64,000 bases of DNA. Source: Candidatus Latescibacterota bacterium (GTDB lineage Bacteria > Latescibacterota > UBA2968 > GCA-2709665). Location of the stretch: assembly GCA_965219455.1 (NCBI GenBank), contig OZ244744.1, positions 5,632,001 to 5,696,000 of the forward strand, written 5' to 3'. The number at the start of each line of letters is the position of its first letter. Within the stretch, counting starts at the first letter, position 1. The notes beneath the pieces were generated by a model. That model made no database searches. It was not told the DNA's origin and was given only the letters and a program-made list of their open reading frames with translations. This document shows, piece after piece, positions 51,846 through 64,000 of the stretch. A program made the translations under genes and the position numbers.

Positions 51846-52183
51846 TTGCGGCTGCCCAATGCGCATCTGACCAGGATCGATCAGGATAAGATCACGGACT
51901 ACCTGCTATCGTCCACCAATCCACGTGGCAAGGCCAGGGCGGGTTTTTTCTTTTGTTCGGGTTCAGTTTGGCTCACTGGGAGCAGCTTGCGGAAGCGTTG
52001 AGACGTCACGCAACGTCCCATGCGGTCGCCCGAGTTGTGGAGACCGCGTACGGCCCTCGCTATCATATTGACGGAGAAATAGAGACACCAGACGGGCGCA
52101 ATCCGCTTGTGAGAACTGTCTGGCAGATCGACCCTGGGAGCGAATATCCCAGGTTCATTACGGCACATCCATACGGGAGCTGA
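51846..52183 (+). pseudogene. DUF6883-type putative toxin, frameshifted in a T-run
   Basis: TTG start (M)RLPNA..KITDYLL..GKARAGF; continues in the -1 frame as FGFSLAHWEQL..PDGRNPLVRTVW..PRFITAHP. Confidence 0.7.
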
Positions 52184-52186
52184 GAG

Positions 52187-52429
52187 ATGTTCAAGGAACA
52201 TGAGCAGATCGTTCTAACAGCCGACGTTCTGGGCGATCAGGGAGAGGAACTGAAGCCGGGAGACGTCGGCGCCGTCATTCACGTCCATCCTTCTAACGCA
52301 GCCGTTGTTGTGGAGTTCATGTCCCTGGATGGCGACACGGTGGCAATCGCGACCGTGCTGCCGACACAGGCGCGTCCCATAACGAGCGCGGACATCACCC
52401 ACGCGAGGACGGTTCCGGAAGCCGTCTGA
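52187..52429 (+). CDS. DUF4926 domain protein (putative antitoxin)
   Basis: MFKEHEQIVL..LKPGDVGAVIHVH..VEF..GDTVAIATV. Confidence 0.85.
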   Translation: MFKEHEQIVLTADVLGDQGEELKPGDVGAVIHVHPSNAAVVVEFMSLDGDTVAIATVLPTQARPITSADITHARTVPEAV

Positions 52430-52658
52430 CGTTACCGCCATGTACGCCGGTAAGCCAATAAAAATTGGGCATCGGACGCCAGGTCTCAATCCAAAATTTG
52501 GTCGGCCGCAAGACCGGACAATCGAAGCGTCTCGACAAGTCCTGGACGCTGTAATTCAAGGCGACCGCCCGGACGCGCGGGGTGGCGGACATGACAGTGT
52601 GCGGTCTCCTGAAACAAGCCGACATGCAGAGGCCCCTTGGGAAGTAAAGGAAGAGCCA

Positions 52659-52800
52659 GGACGCAAAGTGGATCTGCGAACACCCGAGGATCTGAGTCCT
52701 TATAAATCTCGATATCGTCTGGAAGACCGTGCAACAAAACCTGCCCATTCTGATTGGAAATCTGGAACGCGTTCTGCGACCTGAATCGAACTCTGACTGA
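52659..52800 (+). pseudogene. Fused remnants of an MNT C-terminus and a HepT C-terminus
   Basis: GRKVDLRTPEDLSPY followed in another frame by INLDIVWKTVQQNLPILIGNLERVL..*. Confidence 0.6.
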
Positions 52801-52967
52801 AGCAAAAGCCGCCCTCGGAGCGCGCAGCGAGGTCTGCCTGTAGCAGGCAGGCGGCCATGACGGAGTGTACCTTCCTGACACAACGCGGCGTCGGTGCTGT
52901 TTGAGGTGACATAATACTGTGTTTTGATTGGACAGCAAGTGACTTCGATGAGAAGGGAGAAACCCAG

Positions 52968-53192
52968 ATGACCAAGCTTCTTCAGCAAGCCTTCGAGAAA
53001 GCTTCCGAACTCTCGGAGACGGAACAGGACAAGTTCGCCCGCTTCGTCCTGGCTGAACTGGAATCAGAGCGGCAATGGATTGAACTGTTTGCCCGGCCTG
53101 AGTCGGAGGACCTACTGGAGCGCTTGGCCGATGAGGCCTTGTCGGAACACCATGCGGGACGGACTCGGCCTCTCTCTTTGGAAGAGATGTAG
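52968..53192 (+). CDS. Putative type II antitoxin
   Basis: MTKLLQQAF..EQD..LAELESE..W..LERLADEAL..GRT pattern, directly upstream of a RelE-like gene. Confidence 0.8.
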   Translation: MTKLLQQAFEKASELSETEQDKFARFVLAELESERQWIELFARPESEDLLERLADEALSEHHAGRTRPLSLEEM

Positions 53193-53194
53193 GC

Positions 53195-53464
53195 GTGCAT
53201 TCGTTTACGCAGAACACTTTCTGGGAAGCCTATCGACGGCTTCCAGATCACGTGCAGCGGCAGGCCCGGGAGTCCTACCGCTTCTTTGCGTCGAATCCCA
53301 ATCACCCCAGCCTGGACTTCAAGCGGGTGAGCAGGCGGCGTCCTGTGTACTCAGCTCGAGTGAGCATCGACTACCGCGCCGTTGGGGTCATGGACCAGGG
53401 AGATATTGTATGGTTCTGGATCGGTTCGCACGACGAATACGACAGGCTTCTCAAGCGAGTTTAG
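53195..53464 (+). CDS. RelE/ParE superfamily toxin
   Basis: FW.AY..LP..HPSLDFK..YSARV..YRA..WFWIGSHDEYD. Confidence 0.82.
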   Translation: MHSFTQNTFWEAYRRLPDHVQRQARESYRFFASNPNHPSLDFKRVSRRRPVYSARVSIDYRAVGVMDQGDIVWFWIGSHDEYDRLLKRV

Positions 53465-53471
53465 GTACAGC

Positions 53472-53665
53472 ATGACGCCCGATGGAACCGCAGCCCTCAT
53501 CACCTCCGGCGAATCTGAGATGCTGGAGTTTAGGGAGACGACCGGAACGTGCCGCGAAGCGGCCAAGACGGTGTGCGCCTTCCTGAACCAGCGTGCCAGG
53601 CACGGCATGGCGCAGGCCGGCGTCCCGGTTGGTCACCATGTCAGCGACCGCGCCATCAAGGAGCC
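53472..53665 (+). pseudogene. AlbA_2 domain fragment
   Basis: GESEMLEFRETTG..AKTVCAFLN; truncated. Confidence 0.65.
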
Positions 53666-53715
53666 GAGTACAGGGAATGCCCCACTCGGAGTATTGCGAA
53701 AGTGAGGAGACGGCA

Positions 53716-54027
53716 ATGAACTCACAGATATCGGTCCCCAGAGACGCCCTTGCGGCCTTGTGCCGGGAGCACGGAATCAAGCGTCTCGCCATCTTTGGCT
53801 CAGCGCTACGAGAGGACTTCGGACAGGAGAGCGATGTAGACGTTTTGCTCGAGTTCGAGCCGGGACGGACGCCGGGGTTGTTGGGCATTGCGGGAATAGA
53901 GGCGCGATTGTCAGCGCTGTTCGGTAGAGAAGTAGATCTGGTGACGCGTTCTGCCGTGGAGCAGAGTCGTAACTACATCCGCCGCAGAGCTATTCTTGAT
54001 TCGGCTGAGGAAGTCTATGCGACGTGA
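53716..54027 (+). CDS. MntA-like nucleotidyltransferase antitoxin, copy 2
   Basis: FGSALREDFGQESDVDV; 3' half nearly identical to copy 1. Confidence 0.9.
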   Translation: MNSQISVPRDALAALCREHGIKRLAIFGSALREDFGQESDVDVLLEFEPGRTPGLLGIAGIEARLSALFGREVDLVTRSAVEQSRNYIRRRAILDSAEEVYAT

Positions 54028-54356
54028 CGACGCCTATCTGCTCGACATGCTGTTGTCAGCCAGGGATGCGGTGGAGTTTGTCTCGGGGATTACATACGCG
54101 GATTTCGAGGCAAGCCGACTTCGCCAGAATGCGGTCTTGAAGTCTTTAGAGATTGTTGGCGAGGCCGCGTCTCGTGTGAGCACCGGCATGAGAGAGACTC
54201 TTGGCAGCATACCGTGGGGCGAAATTGTTGGAATGCGTAATCGCATAGTGCACGCCTACTTCGAAACAGATATCGAAATTGTCTGGAAGGTGGCACAGGA
54301 GGAATTGCCCAACTTGATAGTCCAACTTGAGCGGATCGTGCCGCCGGAATCCGACC

Positions 54357-54364
<8 letters not shown>
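54017..54364 (+). CDS. HepT-like DUF86 HEPN ribonuclease toxin
   Basis: EIVGEAA and MRNRIVHAY (Rx4HxY). Confidence 0.92.
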
Positions 54365-57288
<2,924 letters not shown>

Positions 57289-57302
<14 letters not shown>

Positions 57303-57633
57303 GGAAAGTCGTCAATCGATTCGCAATCGAGTAGAATGCTGGGCCCAGAAACTGGGTGTACGTCCAAGGATTGTTCGCGTTCAAAAAATGACCCGCAAAT
57401 GGGGTTCCTGTTCGACATCGGGGATCGTAACGCTCGCCATTGATCTGGCCGATCAGGAACCGGGATTTCAAGATTTCGTCATTGCACACGAGTTGTTACA
57501 CCTGCGCGTTCCAAACCACGGGAAGCTGTTCAAGGCATTATTGACGGTTCACTTACCGGAGTGGACAAAGTACTACGCTGGACGAAAGCTCGTCGCCTAC
57601 GTTTCGAAGCTCACACACGGCGGAGATACTTAA
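57289..57633 (+). CDS. M48 family / YgjP-like metallopeptidase
   Basis: KWGSCS and HELLH..NHG; overlaps the hsdR end. Confidence 0.88.
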
Positions 57634-57802
57634 GTAGGTGGTTCCGAAGATAAAGTGATGTGGCTCAATTCACTTTCTTGGTTGCTGACCAGAACTTCGT
57701 TACTTGCCTGCCAGAGCCAGTGTATGCGATCGTGTGCCTCCCCCGCCCTGCTTCGCCTGTGTATTCGTTCCAGATCCCTCGTGACTTTCCACGGAGTACA
57801 GG

Positions 57803-60205
57803 ATGAATCCTAAAGTCCTGCTTCGGAATCGCATTGGACCGTTTCTGGTCGTCTTACTGGCGTTCACCGCCGCCTGGTGTGGTGTGCCCGGTGACTTCAC
57901 CGGAGACGGCCACGTTGGCTTCGAAGACTTTGTCGCCTTTGCAAGGAACTTCGGAACCTCCCGGACCGACGACACATTCGACGCCCGTTTCGATATAGAC
58001 CTGGACGGACGGGTCGGTTTCAGTGACTTTATTCTATTTGCAACGGCCTTCGGTGAGGCGAATACCGACCTCCGCGAAGATCCCGTCTACCTGGACCAGC
58101 AGATCAAGCATATCAGCGATCCCGATCTCTTTGCAGCGATGGACCTGGACCGTGCCGGGCTCGAGGATGTCAAGCGCGCCGTCGACCAGGGAGACTACGC
58201 CTCGGCCTACAAAGCGTGGGGGACGTACTGGGACGCTCGTCCCGGATTCGCCTATATCAACACCGGCATCCCCTACCACACCATCGACCAGGCATACGAG
58301 TACTTCAGCACCAGAAACTATACGGCGGCCGCGGAACGCGTGGTCGCTCACAACATCACGGGATGGGGCGGCGTCAACATCCAGCACGGCCCGGTTGTGG
58401 ATTTCAACGCGGATTACGGTAGAAGCGGCAAATACGGATTTCACTACTGGGGTTGGTCAGGGCCTCTTCTCTGGGCGTATATGGGCACACGGGACACGAA
58501 GTATCTGAACGCCTTCGACGAACTCTTCAATCAGTGGTACGAGCAACGGGACGATGTCGTAGGTGCCTACGCGCACCTGGATCCGATCTGGTATGAACTC
58601 GGGCTCGGGTCGCGCAGGAACCGCGTATTCCTGGAATTCTACAAGCTGAACCGCGGCCGGCTTTCGGTACAGACCCACGAGCGGATGCTCAAGAACTTCC
58701 TGGGTTCCGCGCGCTGGTTGTACGAGCTGGAGAAGCAGGGGTACCGGTCGGGCAACTGGCAGGTGATGGGTACCTACGCCCTTGCCGAGTTGGGTCTCAA
58801 CCTGCCCGAGTTCAGGGAGGCGGAACGGTGGGTCTCCCTGGGCGTGTATCGAATAGAGGAGCATCTATCAAAGGACTTTTACGAGGACGGCTGCCATTCC
58901 GAGCGTTGCCCGTCCAGCTATTCCACCATCGTTTATCGCGACCCGCGGAATCTGGCCTACCTTCTCGAGCGATTCGGCGGCAACGACGACCGCGCGGCTG
59001 CCCTGCGCCCGCCGCTCGAACGTACCTTGAACCACTGGATGTACCTGATCAGTCCCCTGGGTACCCAGCCTGCCGTCAACGATGGCGGCCGGGGACGGTT
59101 CGACCGGAACGTCTTTATCGATGGCGGACGCGCCTTCAATCGGCCGGACATGCTCTGGGTGGCCAAAAACCTGCTCGGCGCCGACGTCGATGACGAGGTT
59201 GAGCGGCCGGACAGGACGTCAATTGATTTCAGACCGTCGGGGTTCGCCGTAATGCGCGGGGACTGGACCCGTGAGAGTCCCTATATGGTCATCAACTACG
59301 GGGAGTATGGCGGAGGCCATTCACACCCCGATATCCTCAGTTTCGAACTCTTCGCCTATGGGGATGCGCTGGCTGTCGACGCAGGCATCGGCGTCAGTTA
59401 CGACGATCCGCTCCACGGACCGTGGTACAAGACTTCCAGGGCGCACAATATGCTGGTGATAGACGACGCGAACCTCGACCGCAGGATTGCCGTAGGGCAG
59501 AAGCCGGTATGGAGCAGCCAGGCGGGAATGGACTACTTTTCCGCGGAGCACGAGGGCTATCGTTCACGGGGCGTCTCCCATCGCCGTCACATTCTCTTCC
59601 TTAAAGCAGCAGAGCCGGTAAGCGGGACCGATCCCTACTTCCTGGTATTTGATGCCTTCTCGTCCGACACACAGTCCCGAAAGGCCTCGTTCATGCTGCA
59701 TTCCCCCACGCCGCTGCAGCGGGGCGGAACCGCGGTGTTTTCCACCGAAGCGCCTGGTCTGCTCGTAGCTACGCCTGATGCCCCGTCCGTTCGCCTGGGC
59801 ACGGGAATGGCGCATCTAGGGGGCATCCCGGGCCGGCGGCCCGCCAGGCAGCTCATCCGGTGGGCGTCCCTTGACATGATGACTTCGGGCGACGGCCTTG
59901 TGGACGACCTCGCCGTATTGCTCTATCCCTTCCGGAACATGCCGCTTCCCAAAGTGGGGATTCGTCGAGGAGAAAGCCACGGACCGGGCGGCACCGCGTA
60001 CCTGATCGTGGAACACGGCGGCGGTGTGGACCACATCGTCATTTCCGACGGATCATTTCGCACGTTCGGCGCGGACGACGTTGGCACGGATGCGATTTGC
60101 GCCGTCGTCAGAACCGGTTCCGACGGCGGCTATCTCTCGCACGCGGCCGTTTCGGGCAGGAGGCTGACGTTCAGGGATCAAAGTCTCAACGTGTCGTCCC
60201 CCTGA
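57803..60205 (+). CDS. Heparinase II/III family polysaccharide lyase with N-terminal EF-hand-pair/dockerin-like module
   Basis: Signal peptide, GDFTGDGHVGFEDF..FDIDLDGRVGFSDF, GNWQ, DGCHSER..Y, SGFAVMR, GHSHPD.LSF, VDAG..Y, AHN. Confidence 0.88.
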   Translation: MNPKVLLRNRIGPFLVVLLAFTAAWCGVPGDFTGDGHVGFEDFVAFARNFGTSRTDDTFDARFDIDLDGRVGFSDFILFATAFGEANTDLREDPVYLDQQIKHISDPDLFAAMDLDRAGLEDVKRAVDQGDYASAYKAWGTYWDARPGFAYINTGIPYHTIDQAYEYFSTRNYTAAAERVVAHNITGWGGVNIQHGPVVDFNADYGRSGKYGFHYWGWSGPLLWAYMGTRDTKYLNAFDELFNQWYEQRDDVVGAYAHLDPIWYELGLGSRRNRVFLEFYKLNRGRLSVQTHERMLKNFLGSARWLYELEKQGYRSGNWQVMGTYALAELGLNLPEFREAERWVSLGVYRIEEHLSKDFYEDGCHSERCPSSYSTIVYRDPRNLAYLLERFGGNDDRAAALRPPLERTLNHWMYLISPLGTQPAVNDGGRGRFDRNVFIDGGRAFNRPDMLWVAKNLLGADVDDEVERPDRTSIDFRPSGFAVMRGDWTRESPYMVINYGEYGGGHSHPDILSFELFAYGDALAVDAGIGVSYDDPLHGPWYKTSRAHNMLVIDDANLDRRIAVGQKPVWSSQAGMDYFSAEHEGYRSRGVSHRRHILFLKAAEPVSGTDPYFLVFDAFSSDTQSRKASFMLHSPTPLQRGGTAVFSTEAPGLLVATPDAPSVRLGTGMAHLGGIPGRRPARQLIRWASLDMMTSGDGLVDDLAVLLYPFRNMPLPKVGIRRGESHGPGGTAYLIVEHGGGVDHIVISDGSFRTFGADDVGTDAICAVVRTGSDGGYLSHAAVSGRRLTFRDQSLNVSSP

Positions 60206-60356
60206 GCCGAAAGCCGCCTGTTTCCGCCATGCGAAATCGAAATGACGACCGATTACGGGTCCGGCGTGCGTGGTTCGAACGCGGCGGAGAAGTATCTTTC
60301 CAATCGGTGCCTCGACATGCCGGACTCACTAAAGTCCGTGGGGATCGGAACCTTCA

Positions 60357-61778
60357 ATGTCTGGCAAAATCTCACTTCGGATATGCCTGAACCCGCTCGC
60401 GGCGGCCCTGCTGATCCATGGCGCAGCGTGGTCGGGCGTGCCTGGTGACTTCACCGGCGACGGCCAGGTCGAGTTCAATGACTTCATCGCATTTGCCCGG
60501 CACTTCGGGGCCTACCGTTCAGACGGCGCTTTCGATGACCGTTTCGACCTGGACCACGACGAACGCGCTTCCGCCATGCGTCCGCCTCTGGAACGTACCT
60601 TGAACCACTGGATGTACCTGATCAGCCCGCTGGGTACCCAGCCCGCGGTCAACGACGGTGGCCGGGCACGGTTCGACCGCGATGTCTTTGTCGATGGCGG
60701 ACGTGTTTTCAATCGGCCGGACATGCTCTGGGTGGCCAGAAACCTGCTCGGCGCCAACATAGACGACCAAGTCGAGCCGCCAGCCGTCAAGTCGGTTGAT
60801 TTCCGGCCCTCGGGTTTCGCAGTGATGCGTATGGATTGGACGCGGAACAGTCCGTATCTGGTCATCAATTACGGTCCCTGGGCGGGCGGGCATTACCACT
60901 ATGACGTCTTCAGCTTCGAACTGTTCGCCTACGGCAAGGCGCTCGCCGTCGACGCCGGGCTCGGCGTCAGCTACGACGACCCGCTTCACCGGCCCTGGTA
61001 TATAACCTCCAAAGCGCACAACATGCTCGTGATCGACGACGAAAATCTGGACCGTCGTATCGCCGTGGGAGAGCAGCCAATATGGAGCAGCCCGGAAGGC
61101 ATGGACTACTTTGCCGCCGAACACCAGGGCTACCGCGCTCTGGGCGTCCGGCATCGACGGCACTTTCTGTTCGTGAAACCGGTGGATCCCGCTCAGGAGG
61201 TGAACCCCTACTTCCTGGTGTTTGATGTGTTCTCGTCCGAAGGACAGTCCCGAACGGCCTCGTTCATGCTACACTCCCCCACGCCACTGCAGCGGGGCGG
61301 AACCGCCGTATTTTCCACCGAGGCGCCTGGCCTGCTCGTGGGCACGCCCGATAACCCGTCCGTTCGACTCGGCACGGGAATGGCGCATCTCGGAGGCATA
61401 CCGGACCGTCGGCCCGCCCGGCAACTGATCCGGTGGGCTTCCCTGGACCTGATGACTTCAGGCGACGGTCTGGTGAACGACCTCGCGGTGTTACTCTATC
61501 CCTTCCGGAGCATGCCGCTTCCCAAAGCGCGGATTCGCCGTGGAGAAAACGAAGGGCCGGCCGGCACGGCCTACCTGGTCGTGGAGCACGGCGGCATCAC
61601 GGACCACATCGTTATCTCCGACGGATCCTACCGGACGTTCGGCGCGGACGAACTCGGCACAGACGCGAATTGCGTTGTCGTTCGAACCGGTTCCGACGGC
61701 GTCTATCTTTCGCACTCGGCCGTTTCAGGCACGAGGTTGATCTTCAGGGATCGGAATCTCGCCGTGTCGCCGCCTTGA
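60357..61778 (+). CDS. Heparinase II/III paralogue with an in-frame internal deletion (possible pseudogene)
   Basis: Similar signal peptide and half a dockerin-like module joined directly to ERASAMRPPLERT; the C-terminal half closely matches 57803-60205. Confidence 0.75.
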   Translation: MSGKISLRICLNPLAAALLIHGAAWSGVPGDFTGDGQVEFNDFIAFARHFGAYRSDGAFDDRFDLDHDERASAMRPPLERTLNHWMYLISPLGTQPAVNDGGRARFDRDVFVDGGRVFNRPDMLWVARNLLGANIDDQVEPPAVKSVDFRPSGFAVMRMDWTRNSPYLVINYGPWAGGHYHYDVFSFELFAYGKALAVDAGLGVSYDDPLHRPWYITSKAHNMLVIDDENLDRRIAVGEQPIWSSPEGMDYFAAEHQGYRALGVRHRRHFLFVKPVDPAQEVNPYFLVFDVFSSEGQSRTASFMLHSPTPLQRGGTAVFSTEAPGLLVGTPDNPSVRLGTGMAHLGGIPDRRPARQLIRWASLDLMTSGDGLVNDLAVLLYPFRSMPLPKARIRRGENEGPAGTAYLVVEHGGITDHIVISDGSYRTFGADELGTDANCVVVRTGSDGVYLSHSAVSGTRLIFRDRNLAVSPP

Positions 61779-61864
61779 GACGAAAGTCCGCCGAAAGGCG
61801 GTTGGAGGCCGAAAGGCGAGTAGGGAACCAGGTGTACTATTAATTGCGAACCACATATTTTCCC

Positions 61865-61946
61865 TTGACAACTCTATATTTTGTATTATAATAACATTAC
61901 CCCACAATATAGGGTCCTTACAGCTTGAGGACCCTATATCTATCCA
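61865..61946 (+). promoter_or_regulatory. Consensus sigma70 promoter with NrdR boxes
   Basis: TTGACA-N16-TATAAT (61865-61892); NrdR-box-like ACTCTATATTTTGTAT (61871-61886) and CCCCACAATATAGGGT (61900-61915), plus a weaker ACCCTATATCTA at 61931. Confidence 0.8.
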
Positions 61947-61982
61947 TATCCCCGATCTCCGTGAGGTTACGGGAGAACACGC

Positions 61983-62447
61983 ATGAGATGTCCCTACTGT
62001 GGAACAGTGGAGGACAAGGTCGTAGACTCCAGATCCAGCAAGGAGGCAACGGCCATCCGAAGACGCCGGGAATGTCTGAGTTGCGGTCGGCGGTTTACAA
62101 CCTACGAATCCGTCGAAGATACGCCGCTGATGGTCGTCAAATCCGATGGTCGCCGCGAACCCTTCGACAAAAACAAGCTCTTTTCCAAGTTGCATCTCGC
62201 CTGCAACAAACGGCCCATTTCCATGGACCGGCTCGAAGAGATCGCAGACCGGATCGAAGCCAGACTAAGCGGCACCGGCGAACGGGAGGTAGAGGCCAAC
62301 GATATCGGCGAACTGGTAATTAACGAGCTTAAAGACCTCGACCAGGTCGCTTACGTCCGTTTCGCATCGGTCTACAGACAGTTCAAAGACCTGAGCGACT
62401 TCGAAAAGGAACTCCGGCAACTCGCTTCCCCTCAAGCAGGCGACTGA
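61983..62447 (+). CDS. nrdR: Transcriptional repressor NrdR
   Basis: MRCPYC..VVDSR..IRRRREC..RFTTYE, ATP cone, VAYVRFASVY. Confidence 0.98.
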   Translation: MRCPYCGTVEDKVVDSRSSKEATAIRRRRECLSCGRRFTTYESVEDTPLMVVKSDGRREPFDKNKLFSKLHLACNKRPISMDRLEEIADRIEARLSGTGEREVEANDIGELVINELKDLDQVAYVRFASVYRQFKDLSDFEKELRQLASPQAGD

Positions 62448-62653
62448 ACCAGATATTCTCCCCTCCACCGAAGTTACCCGGACGCGCCATTCCCCTTCAG
62501 ATGCGTCTTCAACATTCGTTTTTTGCCCGCGGTCCGGATATGTCGGCCGTGAAGGAAGTATACGGCTCGAAACGAAACGTGAATTCAGCCAGGCAGGTAT
62601 CCTTTCGTCTTGCCGTTTCAAATCGATCCCAGAAATCCGGAGGAAGTCCACCA

Positions 62654-64000
62654 ATGAAGCTTGAACGCAGGCAGACCACGCCCGGCGAGAATCCACTGGA
62701 CCAGGTCGAATACGTAAAGAAATCATCCGTTATCACCAACCCGGACGGCTCTGAAGTCTTTCGCATGGACCACGCCGAAGTCCCGGCAGAGTGGTCCCAA
62801 CTGGCAACGGATATCGTCGTATCCAAATATTTCAGAAAACGAGGCGTGCCCGAAACCGGACACGAAACCTCCGTGCGCCAGGTGATGCACCGGGTGGCCC
62901 GTACCATTCGCAAGGCCGGAGAGGACCAGGGCGGATATTTCGACTCTACCGAAGACGCGGATACCTTCGAAGCGGAACTTGCCTACCATCTCGTGCATCA
63001 AATGGGCGCTTTCAACTCGCCGGTCTGGTTCAACTGCGGACTGTACCACGAATACGGAATTCAAGGAAGCGGCGGCAACTGGCACTGGGATTGGGACCGG
63101 AATCGTGTCTCAGAGACCGAAGACTCTTATTCCCATCCCCAGTGTTCCGCCTGTTACATCCAGTCCGTCCAGGACGACACCATGGACATTTTTGAATTGT
63201 TGAAAAGCGAAGTTCGACTCTTCAAATACGGATCCGGCACGGGTACCAACTTCTCTAAAATTCGCGGAAAAATGGAGAAACTCTCCGGAGGAGGCGTCTC
63301 ATCCGGCCTGATGTCCTTTCTGGAAGTCCTGGACAAGGGCGCAGGCGCCATCAAGTCCGGCGGGACGACGCGGCGAGCCGCCAAAATGGTCTGTCTGGAC
63401 ATGGATCACCCTGAAATACTCGATTTCATCAATTGGAAAGTAAGAGAAGAAAAGAAGGTTGCCGCGCTGATGGCCGCCGGCTACAGTTCCGACTTCAACG
63501 GCGAAGCCTACCAGACCGTTTCCGGCCAGAACTCCAACAACTCGGTGCGCGTCACCGACGCTTTTATGCAGGCCTGCGAAGACGACGGCGATTGGCACAC
63601 CCGGCTGCGCACGACCGGTGAAGTCTACGAAACGCACAAAGCCCGCGATCTCATGCGTCAGATAGGGGCGGCCGCCTGGGCATGCGCCGACCCGGGCATG
63701 CAGTACGATACCACCATCAACCACTGGCACACGTGCCCCAACACCGACCGCATTTACGGATCCAACCCGTGTTCGGAGTTTATGTTCCTTGACGACACGG
63801 CATGCAACCTCGCTTCAATCAACCTCATGAAGTTTCTCAATAACGACGGCACCTTCGACATTGACGGTTTCCGTTATGCCTGCCAGATCTTTTTCATTGC
63901 CCAGGAAATTCTGGTCGATTTCGCATCCTATCCCACCCGAATGATCGCGCGGAACAGCCACGATTACCGCCCTCTCGGCCTCGGTTACGCCAACCTGGGA
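62654..64000 (+). CDS. nrdJ: Class II (B12-dependent) ribonucleotide reductase, partial (runs off the right edge)
   Basis: Manual translation from ATG 62654: WSQLATDIVVSKYFR, FNSPVWFN, PQCSACYI, KYGSGTG, KSGGTTRRAAKM, SGQNSNNSVR, SNPCSEF..ACNLAS. Confidence 0.95.
   Translation, partial: MKLERRQTTPGENPLDQVEYVKKSSVITNPDGSEVFRMDHAEVPAEWSQLATDIVVSKYFRKRGVPETGHETSVRQVMHRVARTIRKAGEDQGGYFDSTEDADTFEAELAYHLVHQMGAFNSPVWFNCGLYHEYGIQGSGGNWHWDWDRNRVSETEDSYSHPQCSACYIQSVQDDTMDIFELLKSEVRLFKYGSGTGTNFSKIRGKMEKLSGGGVSSGLMSFLEVLDKGAGAIKSGGTTRRAAKMVCLDMDHPEILDFINWKVREEKKVAALMAAGYSSDFNGEAYQTVSGQNSNNSVRVTDAFMQACEDDGDWHTRLRTTGEVYETHKARDLMRQIGAAAWACADPGMQYDTTINHWHTCPNTDRIYGSNPCSEFMFLDDTACNLASINLMKFLNNDGTFDIDGFRYACQIFFIAQEILVDFASYPTRMIARNSHDYRPLGLGYANLG

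Overview
A GC-rich bacterial chromosomal segment. The gene content (paired EF-hand/dockerin-like GDFxGDGxVxFxDF modules, a cohesin plus FlgD/T9SS-type C-terminal domain, plant-type LRR proteins, heparinase II/III proteins and Rpn copies) suggests an FCB-group, Latescibacterota-like and possibly sponge- or host-associated organism; this taxonomy is inference only. Left to right: map and a secreted HExxH metalloprotease; two Feo-type metal-uptake loci with three DtxR/MntR-family genes, one locus having a split FeoB and a membrane-anchored DtxR-FeoA2 fusion; sugar-acid genes (long UxaA, TIM-barrel epimerase, SMP-30 lactonase); two rpn copies, one lacking the nuclease domain but keeping an internal RBS for the C-terminal RpnS-like part; a 1279-aa cohesin/dockerin/LRR protein next to a cohesin-CTD protein; mobile-element debris (group II intron/IS3 chimera, IS256, RAYT and REP relics); a UPF0175/DUF3368 TA pair; a probable UxxC selenoprotein that the ORF track splits at an in-frame TGA; a TonB-dependent receptor; creD; a ~16-kb type I R-M locus (HTH-fused HsdM, retropepsin-like protease, HsdS, 2039-aa nuclease-STAND Avs-like protein, TA cassettes, HsdR, M48 peptidase); two heparinase II/III paralogues; and nrdR-nrdJ. 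I found no rRNA, tRNA or CRISPR array. All family calls are from motif recognition by eye, without database searches.
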